Made by a program: the position numbers and the translations under genes | Assembly: GCA_963704725.1 (NCBI GenBank) | Contig: OY969934.1 | Span: 1,984,001-2,048,000, forward strand | Direction of reading: 5' to 3' | Origin: an uncultured Actinomycetes bacterium | GTDB taxonomy: Bacteria; Actinomycetota; UBA4738; HRBIN12 | DNA: 64,000 nt | Shown here: piece after piece, positions 27,652-40,456 of the stretch | How positions within the stretch are numbered: the stretch's first letter is position 1 | Layout: the number at the start of each line of letters is the position of its first letter | The notes under the pieces: generated by a model | What the model saw: the letters and a program-made list of their open reading frames with translations, nothing else | Database searches by the model: none | What the model was told of the DNA's origin: nothing

Positions 27652-28655
27652 GCGGTCTCCCTCCTCCGTCCGCGAGACGGACGCGCCTCGGCGTGCCCGC
27701 CCCGTGCGGGCGTCCCCCGGTTCGTCGAGTCCCTCCCTCGGGCCCGCGGGTGCGACGTGAAGTACACCTCCCGCAGGTGATCCCTGGAGACAAGCGTATA
27801 CACCTGGGTCGTCGCCACACTGGCGTGGCCGAGGAGCTCCTGGACGACGCGGACGTCGGCCCCGCCCTCGAGCAGGTGGGTGGCGAACGAATGGCGCAGG
27901 GTGTGGGGGCTCACGCCGCGCCCGATCCGCGCGGCGCCCGCGTGCTTGGACACGATCCCGGCGCATCCCTGACGGGTGAGCCGTCCCCCGCGGAGGTTCA
28001 GGAACAGCGCGGAGCGTGAGCGCGGCGTGGCGAGCTGGGGTCGTACCCGCGTCAGGTACGCGCCGATCGCCTCGCGCGCATACCGCCCGAGCGGCACGTC
28101 GCGCTCCTTGCTCCCCTTGCCGAAGACCCGGACGCTCCCCTCCTCGAGGTCCACGTCGTCGACGTCCAGGCCGACGAGCTCGGAGATGCGCACCCCCGCG
28201 CCGTAGAGCGTTTCGAGCACCGCGCGATCCCGCAGCCCGGCCGGGGTCGACGGATCGGGCTGCGCCAGCAGCCGGGTCACGTCCTGCACCGAAAGCGGCT
28301 TCGGGAGGCGGCGGGGCAGCTTCGGCCGGACCACCCCGGCGCTCGGATCGCTCCGGGTCTCTCCTTCCCGCAGCAGGAACCGGTGGAAGGCGCGGACCGA
28401 CGACAGCATCCGCACGACGGAGGTCGCCCGGTACGGCCGTCCGTCGCCGTGCGTGGACGCCGACACCGACGCGACGTGGGCGGCGACGTCCCGGTCGCTC
28501 ACCTTGCGGGTGTCGGTGACCCCCCGGTCGTGCAGGAACGCGGCGTACCGGGCGAGGTCCCGCCGGTACGCCGCGATCGTGTTGCCGGACAGGCCGCGCT
28601 CCACGAGGAGATGATCGAGGAAGCGCTGGATCTGCAGCTCGACCGGCTCGGCCAC
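27648..28655 (-). CDS. xerD: Tyrosine recombinase XerD
   Basis: ERGLSGNTIAAY, YGAGVRISE, GKGSKER, HTLRHSFATHLL, LLGH, TTQVY, HPRA. Confidence 0.95.
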   Translation of the reverse strand: MAEPVELQIQRFLDHLLVERGLSGNTIAAYRRDLARYAAFLHDRGVTDTRKVSDRDVAAHVASVSASTHGDGRPYRATSVVRMLSSVRAFHRFLLREGETRSDPSAGVVRPKLPRRLPKPLSVQDVTRLLAQPDPSTPAGLRDRAVLETLYGAGVRISELVGLDVDDVDLEEGSVRVFGKGSKERDVPLGRYAREAIGAYLTRVRPQLATPRSRSALFLNLRGGRLTRQGCAGIVSKHAGAARIGRGVSPHTLRHSFATHLLEGGADVRVVQELLGHASVATTQVYTLVSRDHLREVYFTSHPRARGRDSTNRGTPARGGHAEARPSRGRRRETA

Positions 28656-28674
28656 GCAGGCCCTCCCTCGGAGA

Positions 28675-29793
28675 TCAGCCGAGACCGGATTCGCCGAGCG
28701 GCGTATGGGCCATGCCGTGCGCCTCCGCCACGCCCTCGTTCGTGAGCGCTCCCGCGTGCACGTTCACGCCGAGCGCCAGGGCGACGTCCTCACGCACGGC
28801 CCGGTCGAGGCCCTTGGACGCGATGTCGATCGCGTACGGGAGCGTGACGTTGGTGAGCGCGTACGTGGACGTGCGCGGCACCGCGCCCGGCATGTTGCCG
28901 ACGCAGTAGTGCACGACGTCGTCGACGACGTACGTGGGGTCGGAATGCGTCGTGACGTGCGCCGTCTCCACGCACCCTCCCTGGTCGATCGAGACGTCCA
29001 CGATCACGGCCCCGGGTCGCATCCGCGTCACCATCTCCCGGGTGACGAGGTGCGGCGCCCTGGCGCCGGGGATGAGCACCGCGCCGATGACGAGATCGGC
29101 CTCCAGGACGAGCCGTTCGATCGCCAGCGCGCTCGACATCATCGTCTGGATCCTGCCGCGCTGGATCTGGTCGACGAACCGGAGGCGGTCGACGTTGCGG
29201 TCGACGACGACGACCTCGGCCTCCATCCCGGCGGCGATCCACGCCGCGTTCAGGCCGGCCATCCCGGCCCCGAGCACGACGACCCGCGCCGGCGCCACGC
29301 CGGAGGCTCCACCCATGAGCACGCCGCGCCCGGCGTACGGACGCTCCAGGAAGTACGCGCCCACCTGCGGCGCCATCCGGCCGGCGATCTCGCTCATCGG
29401 CGCGAGCAGCGGGAGTCGTCCGTCCTCGAGCTCGACGGTCTCGTACGCGACGGAGGCCACCTTGCGCTCCATCAGGAACTCGGTCAGGGCCTTGTCGGCC
29501 GCCAGGTGGAGGTACGTGAACAGGATCTGACCCTCGCGGAACCGTCCGTACTCCTGCGGTTGCGGCTCCTTCACCTTCACGATCATGTCGGCGGCCGCGA
29601 AGAGGGCGTCGGCGTCGCGCAGGATCCGCGCGCCCGCCGCCTCGAACTGCTCGTCCGGCAGCGCCGACCCTGCCCCCGCACCCGACTCGACAACGACCTC
29701 GTGACCGGCCCGGGTGAGCTCGCGAACGCCCTCCGGCGTCGCGGCCACGCGGAACTCGTTGTCCTTGACCTCTGCTGGGATCCCGACGATCAC
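28675..29793 (-). CDS. ald: Alanine dehydrogenase
   Basis: EVKDNEFRVA, KVKEP, YLHLA, MSEIAG, IDQGG, NMPGAVP. Confidence 0.97.
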   Translation of the reverse strand: MIVGIPAEVKDNEFRVAATPEGVRELTRAGHEVVVESGAGAGSALPDEQFEAAGARILRDADALFAAADMIVKVKEPQPQEYGRFREGQILFTYLHLAADKALTEFLMERKVASVAYETVELEDGRLPLLAPMSEIAGRMAPQVGAYFLERPYAGRGVLMGGASGVAPARVVVLGAGMAGLNAAWIAAGMEAEVVVVDRNVDRLRFVDQIQRGRIQTMMSSALAIERLVLEADLVIGAVLIPGARAPHLVTREMVTRMRPGAVIVDVSIDQGGCVETAHVTTHSDPTYVVDDVVHYCVGNMPGAVPRTSTYALTNVTLPYAIDIASKGLDRAVREDVALALGVNVHAGALTNEGVAEAHGMAHTPLGESGLG

Positions 29794-29862
29794 GACGGAC
29801 TCCTTCTCGCGGGCCCCACCGCCCGCCGAGAGCCTACCGGACCTCTTGCGACCGGATGTCGG

Positions 29863-31200
29863 TCAGACGGCCCGGGCCGCATAGACCTGCCAGCTCCCCG
29901 GCACTCCCTTGAGCTCGTGCTCACCGCGGTCGTCGAAGCCCAGGCCGGACCCCGAGACCAGGTCGACCACCGTCCGCGAAACCAGCACGTCGTCCGGCCC
30001 GGCGAGCGCGGCGATCCGCGCGCCGATGTGCACCGCGATCCCGCGGACGGCGTCCCCGACCACCTCCACCTCCCCGGTGTGGATCCCCGCGCGGATCCGC
30101 AGTCCCGTGTCGTGGACGGCGAGCGCGGCGGCCTGGGCGCACCGCACCGCCCGCGCCGGGCCGTCGAACGTGGCGAGGAAGCCGTCGCCGGCCGTGTCCA
30201 CCTCGCGCCCCCGCCACCGCTCGAGCTCCCGGCGCACCACGGCGTGGTGCCGCTCCAGCCGCTCACGCCATGCCCGGTCGCCGAGCTCCGCGGCGACCCT
30301 CGTGGAATCGACCACGTCGGTGAACATCACCGTCGTCAGCACCCGGTCGGGCTCCGGTCCCCGCCGGACGCCGGTGAGGAACGCCTCGACCTCGTCCAGG
30401 ATCGCGTCGGCCTCGCCGGTCCACATGAGGTGATCGACGCCGGGCAGCTCGACGAGCCGTGACCCCGGGATGCGGGAGGCGATGTACCGGCCCTCCGCCA
30501 CCGACACGTCCGGGTCGTCCGTCCGGTACACGAGGAGCGCGGGCACGCGGATCGTGGGGAGCACGGCGCGAACGTCCACCATCGAGTTCATGCGAAGCAG
30601 GGCGGCGGCGGCCTTCGGGCTGGCCGACGCGCGCAGGTAGCGGGACATCCAGGAGACGAACGCCGGGTCGTCCCTCCGGCTGGGGGCGAGCCCCGCCGCC
30701 AGCGACGGCGCGCCCCACGTCCGCTCGACGTCCTCGATCTCGGCCAGCCGCTCCTCCCACGTCGGCGCCCACGGGTAGTCCTCGGAGAAGACCCGCTTGG
30801 CGTAGCAGCCGACCAGGACGAGCGAGAGGGTCCTCGCGGGATGGCTCGCGGCGAAGAGCACGCTCATGTTGCCGCCCTCGGAATGGCCGAGCAGCGCGGC
30901 GCGCTCGGAGCCCGCGGCGTCCATCACGGCCCGCACATCCTCCATGCGCTGTTCGAGCGTCGGCAGCTCGTCGAACGGCACCGGATCCGAAAGACCCGTC
31001 CCGCGCTTGTCGAACAGGATGAGGCGCGAGAACGACGCGAGCCGCTCCAGGAAGTGCGTGTACGACGGGTCGTCCCACATCAGGTCGAGGTTCGAGACCC
31101 AGCCGGGGACGTAGACGAGGTCGAACGGCCCGTCTCCCACGACCTGGAAGGCGATGTTCAGGTCGTCGACGTGCGCGTATCGCGTCACCGGCGGCGTCAC
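29863..31200 (-). CDS. Alpha/beta hydrolase - class III adenylate/guanylate cyclase fusion (LipJ/Rv1900c-like)
   Basis: [39 protein letters not shown]. Confidence 0.92.
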   Translation of the reverse strand: MTPPVTRYAHVDDLNIAFQVVGDGPFDLVYVPGWVSNLDLMWDDPSYTHFLERLASFSRLILFDKRGTGLSDPVPFDELPTLEQRMEDVRAVMDAAGSERAALLGHSEGGNMSVLFAASHPARTLSLVLVGCYAKRVFSEDYPWAPTWEERLAEIEDVERTWGAPSLAAGLAPSRRDDPAFVSWMSRYLRASASPKAAAALLRMNSMVDVRAVLPTIRVPALLVYRTDDPDVSVAEGRYIASRIPGSRLVELPGVDHLMWTGEADAILDEVEAFLTGVRRGPEPDRVLTTVMFTDVVDSTRVAAELGDRAWRERLERHHAVVRRELERWRGREVDTAGDGFLATFDGPARAVRCAQAAALAVHDTGLRIRAGIHTGEVEVVGDAVRGIAVHIGARIAALAGPDDVLVSRTVVDLVSGSGLGFDDRGEHELKGVPGSWQVYAARAV

Positions 31201-31718
31201 GGCGGCCGCGGCCTCCCGTCGACCATCAGCAACGCGAGCGCGGTCTTCGCGTCGCGGACGCGGCCGGCCCGGGCCCGCTCGATCATCTCCGCCAGCGGCC
31301 GCCGGACCAGGTCGATCCCCGCCTCCGGCACCGCCGCGGGCTCGGGCGCCGTGCCGGCCCAGAACAGGTGGTCGACCTCGTCGCTGAACCCGGCGGTCGG
31401 GAAGCTCCTCCCGAGCGGCTCGATCCAGCGGTGGCGGTACCCCGTCTCCTCGAGCAGCTCGCGGACGGCGCACGCTTGGGGATCTTCGCCCGCGACGTCG
31501 AGGAGCCCGGCCGGGATCTCGAGGAGCTTCCCGCGGATCGGCGGGCGGAACTGCCGCACGAGCAGGACGTCGCCGTCCGGCGTCACGGGCAGCACGGCGG
31601 CCGCGCCGACGTGGCGCGCGACGTCGTAGGGATGCCCCATCCCCGCCCATCGCTCGCGCGCCACGGAGAACACGCGGCCCTCGAACAACACCTCGGAGGA
31701 CCGGGGGTGGTCCGGCAT
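31197..31718 (-). CDS. NUDIX hydrolase (ADP-ribose pyrophosphatase-like)
   Basis: [16 protein letters not shown]....[11 protein letters not shown] Nudix box. Confidence 0.92.
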   Translation of the reverse strand: MPDHPRSSEVLFEGRVFSVARERWAGMGHPYDVARHVGAAAVLPVTPDGDVLLVRQFRPPIRGKLLEIPAGLLDVAGEDPQACAVRELLEETGYRHRWIEPLGRSFPTAGFSDEVDHLFWAGTAPEPAAVPEAGIDLVRRPLAEMIERARAGRVRDAKTALALLMVDGRPRPP

Positions 31719-31729
31719 GTCGCCGGCGA

Positions 31730-33460
<1,731 letters not shown>

Positions 33461-34198
33461 TCAGGCGCGTCGGCCGAGGCCGTCGACGAACCGCAGCGTC
33501 GCCGAGCCCTCGATCACGCGGCTGAAGGACACGGTCTCGGCCACGACGTTGAGGACGACGGCGATCGCGGCGGCCACCGGCACCCACGGGTCGGGCAGCG
33601 TGAGGGCCAACGCCAGCCCCGCGCCGAAACCGAGAAGGTTGGAGCCGGCGTCCCCGAGCATGGCGCGCTCCCGCAGGTCGAGCGGCAGGATCGCGACCGC
33701 CCCGCCGAGCAGGCCGGCGACGGCCGGCGCCCGCATCAACGTTCCCCAGATCAGGAAGGCCGTCGCCGGCAGGACGAACGCCTTGAGCGCGCGACCCGGC
33801 CGAACGTCGAGCCCGTTCCAGACGTTGGCCGACGCGGCGATCAGAACGACCCCGGACAGGCCGGCGTAGGCCGGGCGCGAGCCCTGGAGCGTCACCACCA
33901 CGACGGCCGCCCCCGTCGTCACGAGGACCTTGAGGATCCCGGTCGTCATCCGCCCGGCGGCGAGCGACCGGAGATGGTTGCGCAGGCCGCGCGGGCCAAC
34001 GGGGACGAGGTCGTCCACGAGACCCGCGCCGAACACGAGGAGGCAGCCCGCCAGGGTCCCCCAGCCGGCCGCGTGGAGGTCCCCGGCGATCGCCCACAGC
34101 ATGGTCGCCGCCGCGGCCGCCGCGGCCAGCGCCATCCCGAGCGTCCGAGGCACGAGCGCCCCTCGGTGGTTCGGCGCCGCCAGGCGGCCCCACGTCAT
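33461..34198 (-). CDS. MraY/WecA-like (GT4 family) membrane protein
   Basis: [28 protein letters not shown]. Confidence 0.75.
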   Translation of the reverse strand: MTWGRLAAPNHRGALVPRTLGMALAAAAAAATMLWAIAGDLHAAGWGTLAGCLLVFGAGLVDDLVPVGPRGLRNHLRSLAAGRMTTGILKVLVTTGAAVVVVTLQGSRPAYAGLSGVVLIAASANVWNGLDVRPGRALKAFVLPATAFLIWGTLMRAPAVAGLLGGAVAILPLDLRERAMLGDAGSNLLGFGAGLALALTLPDPWVPVAAAIAVVLNVVAETVSFSRVIEGSATLRFVDGLGRRA

Positions 34199-34872
34199 CG
34201 GATCCCCACGGCACGGGGGACGACGGCCCGCAGGATGTCCCAGCCCTGCCGGCCACGGTGGGCGAAGCCCCGGACGTCGCGGAACGTGGGTCGGTGCTCG
34301 AGGGACGCCGAGACCTCGACGATGCGCAGCCCGGCCCGCGCGGCGTCGACCGTCATCGCGGTCTCGACCCCGAACCCCGCGGCCAGGGGCCGGACCGCCT
34401 CGAGCGCCTTCGCCGAGAGCGCCCGCTGGCCGGACAGCGGCTCGCGGACCTGCGGCCCGCCGAGGACCCGGATGGCGCGGGCCGCGGCGCGCTTCACGAG
34501 GCCGAACCCACCGCCCTGCCCCGGGGGGAACACGGCGATCGCGACGTCCACCTCCCCCAGCAGCACCGGCTCGAGCAGCACGCCGATCCGCGCGGCCGAG
34601 ACCCCGAGATCGCCGTCCGCCAGGAGCCAGGCGTCGGGCGGCGGCTCGATCCGGCGGATCGCGGCCTCGAGGGCCCGGCCCTTGCCCCGGGTGCGTTCCA
34701 GTCGAAGCACGGCCGCTCCGGCGGCCAGGGCTCGGGGCGCCGTCTCGTCTCGCGAGCCGTCGTCGACCACGACCACCTCCGTGACGGACTCGAGCGACCG
34801 GAGCCCGGTGACCGTATCGCCGATCCGATCCGCCTCGTTCCGGGCCGCCACCAGGGCGACGATCCGCGTCAC
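34195..34872 (-). CDS. Glycosyltransferase family 2
   Basis: AARNE, VDDGSRD, ADGD, LSGQR. Confidence 0.9.
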   Translation of the reverse strand: MTRIVALVAARNEADRIGDTVTGLRSLESVTEVVVVDDGSRDETAPRALAAGAAVLRLERTRGKGRALEAAIRRIEPPPDAWLLADGDLGVSAARIGVLLEPVLLGEVDVAIAVFPPGQGGGFGLVKRAAARAIRVLGGPQVREPLSGQRALSAKALEAVRPLAAGFGVETAMTVDAARAGLRIVEVSASLEHRPTFRDVRGFAHRGRQGWDILRAVVPRAVGIR

Positions 34873-35786
34873 GGCAGCGGCGGCAGCGGCTCCGCCCCGT
34901 CCCGGATGCCGTACACCCCTCCGGTGCCCGTGGACAGGAGGTCGTCGATGCCGAGCACCAGAGCCGCGGCCCCCATGCTGAGATCCAGGTCGTCGACCGT
35001 GACGGTCCCGTCGGCCCCGAGGTCTCCCACGGCGGCCACGAAGGAGACCTCGGGCGGGGTCTCGGCCGACTCGCCGGCGGCCACGGAGACCCCGGCGACC
35101 GCGAGGTCGTGCACGAGCGGAACCGCGAACGGCTCGGAGGTCGGGGCCGCCGCCTCCGACGGGCCGCCGCCGAGGACGACCACGATCTGTCCCGGGACGC
35201 CGATCTCCTGGAGCGTGGCCTCGGTCACGTCGCTGTCGAGGAACCCCGCCGACAGCAGGCGGCTGAGAAGATCGTCCTCGGGAGCGACGCCGGTCGCGCC
35301 CGAGGACAGCCGGTCGGCCAGCCCCTGCGCCGCGAGCGACGGTAGGTCGCCCACGCCCGCCCCCGGCAGGCCGAGGATCTCCGCCAGCGAGGACTGCGTG
35401 TCGGGATCGTCGGCCGCCAGTCCCGCTCGCGCCGTGAGCACCGCCACCGCGTCCGCTCCGCTCCCCTCGAGCGCCTGCTGGGTCCGGCTCACCACGTCGT
35501 CGCCGACGCCCTCCTGCGTGACGATGACCACGGTTCGCCCCAGCAGCCGGTTCTCTGTGAGGCGCGCCAGCGCGGCATCGGCGAACGCCCCGAGCGAGGC
35601 GTTGGCGTCGCCCGCGGCCGCGAGCTCGGCGTCCTGGGCGTCGATCACCCCGCGCAGTCGGTCGGTGTTGTCCTGGAGCTGCCTGGTGAGCGCGGGATCG
35701 ACGAAGGCGCTTCCGGCGAGCAGGCCCACCGCGAGCGCGAGGAAGACCGCGACGATCGTGACGATGTGATATCGGAACGGGATCAC
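34869..35786 (-). CDS. steB: SteB / MctB (DUF3186) family protein
   Basis: FRYHIVTIVAVFLALAVG N-terminus, TVDD..G near C-terminus; follows steA. Confidence 0.88.
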   Translation of the reverse strand: MIPFRYHIVTIVAVFLALAVGLLAGSAFVDPALTRQLQDNTDRLRGVIDAQDAELAAAGDANASLGAFADAALARLTENRLLGRTVVIVTQEGVGDDVVSRTQQALEGSGADAVAVLTARAGLAADDPDTQSSLAEILGLPGAGVGDLPSLAAQGLADRLSSGATGVAPEDDLLSRLLSAGFLDSDVTEATLQEIGVPGQIVVVLGGGPSEAAAPTSEPFAVPLVHDLAVAGVSVAAGESAETPPEVSFVAAVGDLGADGTVTVDDLDLSMGAAALVLGIDDLLSTGTGGVYGIRDGAEPLPPLP

Positions 35787-35796
35787 GGGAGCTCCT

Positions 35797-36960
35797 TCAC
35801 CCCAACCCGGACAGCCACTGACGGAGCTGGTCGAAGAGCTGCGTCACGTACAGACGGAGCGGCGGCGAGACCACCACGACGGCGGCCATCGCCGCGATCG
35901 CCGCGCCGACGAGGAGCAGCGCGAGGCGCGTGCGGACGCTCGGCGAGTACACGCGCGAGACGCCCTTGGCGTCCATGAGGATCTCGCCCACGCGCAGACG
36001 CACCAGGAAGGTGCTGGCCATCCCCTCCCGACCCTTGTCGAGGAACTCCCGCAGGTTCCCATGGCTCCCCACCGCCACGATCGTCTCGGCGCCCTTCTCG
36101 TGGGCGAGCAGGAACGCCACGTCCTCGCTCGTCCCGGACGCCTCCACGACCCGGAAAGGGATCCCGAGCGCCTCCAGCCGAGCCCGCCCCGGCGCCTGAC
36201 CGTCCTGGTACGCGTGCAGCAGGACCTCGGTGGGCCGGCGGCGGCGGAACCATCGGCGGCCCGCATCCATCGACAACCGAAGCGCATCATCCGACACGCT
36301 GTCCATGTCGCCCAGGATGAGGTCGGGCGTGTAGCCCGCCTCGATGAGCGCGTCGGCGCCGCCGTCCACGCCGAGCAGCACCGGGTGGACGTCCGAGATG
36401 TACGGGCCGAGCACGGCCAGGTCCTCTTTGTAGCCGTAGCCGCGGACGACCACGAGCACCGGCCGGCCGGTGAGGTCGCGGTCGAGCGCCGGGAGGCCGG
36501 AGCCTCCGAACAGGAGGTCCCGTTCGCGCTGCATGTAGTCGATCGTGTTGGTGGCGAAGCTCTCGAACCGCTCGGCGAGCGACAGGCGGGCCTGCGCCAT
36601 CGCCTCGAGCACGGCGTCCTCGCTCTGCCGGATCCCCACGCCGGCCAGCCGGTCTCCGACGAGGATGCGGTCGCCCTCCAGGTGTACGGGGTCGCCCTCA
36701 CGCACCTTGCGCAGGAGCAGCGGCCCCACGGTGTCGATCAGCGGCACGCCGGCCTGCACGAGCGTCAGCGGTCCGAGGTTGGGGTACCGCCCGCTGATCG
36801 AGCGCGCGGCGTTCACCACGCCGGCCACGCCCGCTTCCAGCAGCGCCTCGGCCGACAGGCGATCGAGATCCTCGTGGTCGATCACGGCGATCTCGCCGGG
36901 TTGGACGCGCTGCACGACGCGCTTCGTGCGCGCGTCGACGCGGGCGAGCCCCCGCTGCAT
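35797..36960 (-). CDS. steA: Cytokinetic ring protein SteA
   Basis: ARVDARTK, DHEDLD, SISGRYPNLGP, GVDGGAD, FLDKGR..MASTFLVRL; start may be ACG 37011. Confidence 0.9.
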   Translation of the reverse strand: MQRGLARVDARTKRVVQRVQPGEIAVIDHEDLDRLSAEALLEAGVAGVVNAARSISGRYPNLGPLTLVQAGVPLIDTVGPLLLRKVREGDPVHLEGDRILVGDRLAGVGIRQSEDAVLEAMAQARLSLAERFESFATNTIDYMQRERDLLFGGSGLPALDRDLTGRPVLVVVRGYGYKEDLAVLGPYISDVHPVLLGVDGGADALIEAGYTPDLILGDMDSVSDDALRLSMDAGRRWFRRRRPTEVLLHAYQDGQAPGRARLEALGIPFRVVEASGTSEDVAFLLAHEKGAETIVAVGSHGNLREFLDKGREGMASTFLVRLRVGEILMDAKGVSRVYSPSVRTRLALLLVGAAIAAMAAVVVVSPPLRLYVTQLFDQLRQWLSGLG

Positions 36961-37112
36961 CCTCGGACGCCGTAGGGGTCGCCGGAGCAGGCTCCTGGAT
37001 CTCGATGCCGTCGGATGCCCTCCTGGTCCGGCGCGCCGGGACCGCGGCGGCGCAGCGGCTCCCCGGCCGGCGCCCAAGCGTATCCCAAACCGGCGACTCC
37101 CCCGCCGGTGCC

Positions 37113-38765
37113 TCAGCGCGCCGCTTTCGACCGGCCGGCCTCGGCGAGCAGCTCCTCGGCGTGGGTCGCCGCGGCCTCGCTCCCCGGCAGCCCGGCGAGC
37201 ATCCGGGTGAGCTCCTCCACGCGTCCGGCCTCGTCGAGCACGGAGACGCTCGCCGTTCCCGTCTCCTTGGCGACCCGGATGTGGCGATCGGCGAACGAGG
37301 CGATCTGCGGCAGGTGGGTGACGACCAGGACCTGGCGGGACCGCGCCAACGCCGCGAGGCGGCGCCCCACCGCCACACCGGCCCGGCCGCCGATCCCGGC
37401 GTCGACCTCGTCGAAGACGAGCGTCGGCACGTCGTCCAGGTCGACGAGCACGCTCCGGCACGCCAGCATCGTGCGGGAGAGCTCGCCGCCCGACGCCACC
37501 TTGGCGAAGGGCAGCCGAGGCTGGCCGGCCCCGCCGGCGAAGCCGAGCTCGACGCGCTCCGCCCCGGCGGCGGTGATCTCGCCGAAGGGCACGAGGGTCA
37601 CCTCCACCTCGGCGCCCTCCATCCCCAGCTCCCGCAGCTCCGCCTCGAGCGCACTCCCCAGCCGCGGCCCGGCCTCGCCACGGCCGAGCGACACGGCCTC
37701 GGCCAGCGAGCGGACCCGCTCGTCCCGCTCGGCCGCCTCCTCCTCGAGCCGCTCGCGCTCGCGCTCCGCCCCGGCCAGGACCTCGGCCCGGACCCTGGCC
37801 TGCGCCAGGAAGGCCTGGACCTCCTCCTCGTCCGCCCCGTACTTGCGCAGGAGACCCTTCAGGGCGGCGACGCGCTCCCGGACCTCCTCCAGACGGGCGG
37901 GATCGCGCTCCAGACGCTCGTGGTAGGCGCGGACGTCGTGGGCCAGGTCGACCGCCGCGGCGGCGAGCTCGACCGCCCGCTCGGCGAGCTCGGCCCCGCC
38001 CCGATCGAGCTCGGCGATCGCGCGGAGCTCGGCGCCGGCCGATCGCAGGGCGTCGGCGGCCGCGCCGTCCGCACCCAGCGCCGCCTCCGCGGCCGCGGCT
38101 CGTTCCAGGAGCCGCTCGGCGTGCGCGAGGCGAGCCTCCTCCAGCTCGAGCTGGGCGATCTCACCCGCCCGCGGGGCGGCCGTCTCGATCTCGCGGACCT
38201 GATGGCCGAGGAGGTCGAGCTCGCGCTCGCGTTCGCGTTCCCGCTCGGCCAGCGCGGCGAGCTCCGCCCGCACCGCGCGCAGACCCTCGTGCTCCTGTTG
38301 GAGCGACGCGACGGCCGCGCCGTGCCGGACCCCGGCGAACCGGTCGAGGAAGGCCGTCTGCGCGGTCGAGGACAGCAGGCGCGTCCCCTCGTGCTGTCCG
38401 TGCATCTCGACGAGGCCCTCGCCCACGGCCGCGAGCGCCGACACCGGGGCGATCTGCCCGCCGATCCGCGCCGCGCTCCGGCCATCCGCCGACACCGAGC
38501 GCGCCAGCACGAGCTCGCCATCCTCCGCCCACGCCTCGGCGGCCGGGCGCCGGGTGGCGTCGAAGCCGGCCTCCACGCGGGCGGCGCTCGCGCCCGAGCG
38601 AACGAGCGACGCCGAGGCCCGCCGGCCGAGCGCCAGCGCCAGTCCCACCGTCACCATCGTCTTGCCGGCTCCCGTTTCGCCGGTGAGCACGTTCAGGCCG
38701 GGGTGGAGCTCGAGCTCGAGGTCCTCGATCACCCCGAGGCCGCTGATGTGCAGCTCGCGGAGCAC
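37113..38765 (-). CDS. recN: DNA repair protein RecN
   Basis: LTGETGAGKT, ASGGELSR, FDEVDAG, VTHLPQIA. Confidence 0.96.
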   Translation of the reverse strand: MLRELHISGLGVIEDLELELHPGLNVLTGETGAGKTMVTVGLALALGRRASASLVRSGASAARVEAGFDATRRPAAEAWAEDGELVLARSVSADGRSAARIGGQIAPVSALAAVGEGLVEMHGQHEGTRLLSSTAQTAFLDRFAGVRHGAAVASLQQEHEGLRAVRAELAALAERERERERELDLLGHQVREIETAAPRAGEIAQLELEEARLAHAERLLERAAAAEAALGADGAAADALRSAGAELRAIAELDRGGAELAERAVELAAAAVDLAHDVRAYHERLERDPARLEEVRERVAALKGLLRKYGADEEEVQAFLAQARVRAEVLAGAERERERLEEEAAERDERVRSLAEAVSLGRGEAGPRLGSALEAELRELGMEGAEVEVTLVPFGEITAAGAERVELGFAGGAGQPRLPFAKVASGGELSRTMLACRSVLVDLDDVPTLVFDEVDAGIGGRAGVAVGRRLAALARSRQVLVVTHLPQIASFADRHIRVAKETGTASVSVLDEAGRVEELTRMLAGLPGSEAAATHAEELLAEAGRSKAAR

Positions 38766-38790
38766 TAGCCGTGGACCCCGGACGGCGCCA

Positions 38791-39651
38791 CTACGACTTG
38801 CCCTCGCGCTCCCCGTCCCGGCCCGGGAGGCCGAACTTGCTCCGCACGAGCTCGAAGAACGCCGGGGCGTCTTCGCGCCGGACGAAGCGGGCCGGGCGGG
38901 GCGCCGCCCCGATCCGCACGCTCGAGCCCACGGGCAGCTCGAGGCTCTCCCGACCGTCGGCCGAGAGCAGCCCCGCTTCCTCACCGAGCACCTCCAGCGT
39001 GACGCGGTCGGTTGGCGCGAGGACGAGCGAGCGGTCGAACACCATGTGCGCGGCGATCGGCGTGACGACGATGCAGGGCACCCTCGGCGACACGATGGGT
39101 CCGCCGGCCGAGAACGAGTACGCGGTCGAGCCCGTCGGGGTGGCCGCGATGACGCCGTCGGCCGAGAAGGTCGTCACGTAGGCGTTCCCGACGAACACCG
39201 CGAGCCGGATCAGCCGGTGCCGGGCGCTCTTCTCCACGATCACCTCGTTCAGCGCCCACTGCGGGGCGAACGTCGCGCCCTCCGGCTCGGCCACGACGGC
39301 CAGGCGGTCGTCGATCCGCGCCGCCCCGGACAGCATCCGTGCCAGCACGGCCGGGGCCTCGTCCGGCTCGACCTCCGTGAGGAACCCCATGCGGCCCACC
39401 TTCACGCCGAGCACGGGCACGTCGCCCCGCGAGGCGAGGTGTGCGGCGCGCAGGAACGTGCCGTCGCCTCCGACGGAGACGACCAGGTCGAGGCCCTCCA
39501 CGAAGGCGCGGGCCGCGGCCTCGTCCTCCGTGCGGGCGCCGTCCGAGTGGCGGACCGCCACCTCGCGCTCACCGAGCCACCGCTCCAGCTCCCTCGCGGC
39601 GTCGATGGCCGCCGTCCGTCCCGGGTGGACGACGAACCCCACCCGGTTCAC
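38791..39651 (-). CDS. nadK: NAD kinase
   Basis: GGDGTFL, LNE, TPTGSTAYSFSAGG. Confidence 0.96.
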   Translation of the reverse strand: MNRVGFVVHPGRTAAIDAARELERWLGEREVAVRHSDGARTEDEAAARAFVEGLDLVVSVGGDGTFLRAAHLASRGDVPVLGVKVGRMGFLTEVEPDEAPAVLARMLSGAARIDDRLAVVAEPEGATFAPQWALNEVIVEKSARHRLIRLAVFVGNAYVTTFSADGVIAATPTGSTAYSFSAGGPIVSPRVPCIVVTPIAAHMVFDRSLVLAPTDRVTLEVLGEEAGLLSADGRESLELPVGSSVRIGAAPRPARFVRREDAPAFFELVRSKFGLPGRDGEREGKS

Positions 39652-40448
39652 GAGCCGGCTCCGATCGCTCGACCTTCGGCGATCGCGGCCTCGACATCGG
39701 GTCGCCCGGACGAGCCGCCCTTCGTGGCGTGCAGCGGGAACTCAACGTTGCCCGCCGGCCCCGGCAGCGGCGACGCCATCACAGCGCGAGCGGAGATGCC
39801 GACCGCCTCGCACGCCTCGATGACGCCGACGATGGCCACGCGCCAGACCTCCGCCTCCCGCACCACCCCACCCCGTCCCACCCCGTCCGGTCCCGCCTCG
39901 AACTGCGGCTTCACCAGGAGGACGTGCTCCGACCCGGCGGCCGCGACCGCCACGAGCGCTGGGACCACCGCGCGCAGCGAGATGAACGAGAGGTCGGCGA
40001 CCACCAGGTCCGGAGCGTACGGCAGGTGCGCCGCCGTGAGCTCGCGTGCGTTCGTTCGCTCCAGCACGGTCACGCGCTCGTCGGTCCTGATCGTCCAGGC
40101 GAGCTGCCCGTAGCCGACGTCGACGGCCACGACGTGCGCGGCACCCCGCTGCAGGAGGCAATCCGTGAACCCGCCCGTCGAGGCGCCGGCGTCGAGGCAT
40201 CGCCGTCCGGCGGCGTCGACGCCGAATCGGTCGAGCGCCGCCTCGAGCTTGTCTCCTCCCCGCGACACGAACCGCCGAGCCGGCCCCACGAGCTCGAGGG
40301 GGTCGGCCGGGTCCACGAGGGTCGACGGCTTCTCCGCCTGGCGGCCCCGGACGACGACCTTGCCGTCCAGGACGGCGACCCGCGCCTCCGCGCGCGAGCG
40401 GGCGAGGCCGCGCCGCACGAGCTCGGCGTCGAGCCGGCGGCGCGCCAC
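39648..40448 (-). CDS. tlyA: TlyA rRNA (cytidine-2'-O)-methyltransferase
   Basis: RLDAELV S4 domain, VSRGGDKL, DAGASTGGFT, DLSFIS, KPQFE. Confidence 0.96.
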   Translation of the reverse strand: MARRRLDAELVRRGLARSRAEARVAVLDGKVVVRGRQAEKPSTLVDPADPLELVGPARRFVSRGGDKLEAALDRFGVDAAGRRCLDAGASTGGFTDCLLQRGAAHVVAVDVGYGQLAWTIRTDERVTVLERTNARELTAAHLPYAPDLVVADLSFISLRAVVPALVAVAAAGSEHVLLVKPQFEAGPDGVGRGGVVREAEVWRVAIVGVIEACEAVGISARAVMASPLPGPAGNVEFPLHATKGGSSGRPDVEAAIAEGRAIGAGS

Positions 40449-40456
40449 GATGTCGG

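Noticed and set aside
29863-31200. Hydrolase-cyclase fusion as a novel system
   Set aside because: Matches the known LipJ/Rv1900c architecture, including its non-canonical cyclase residues.
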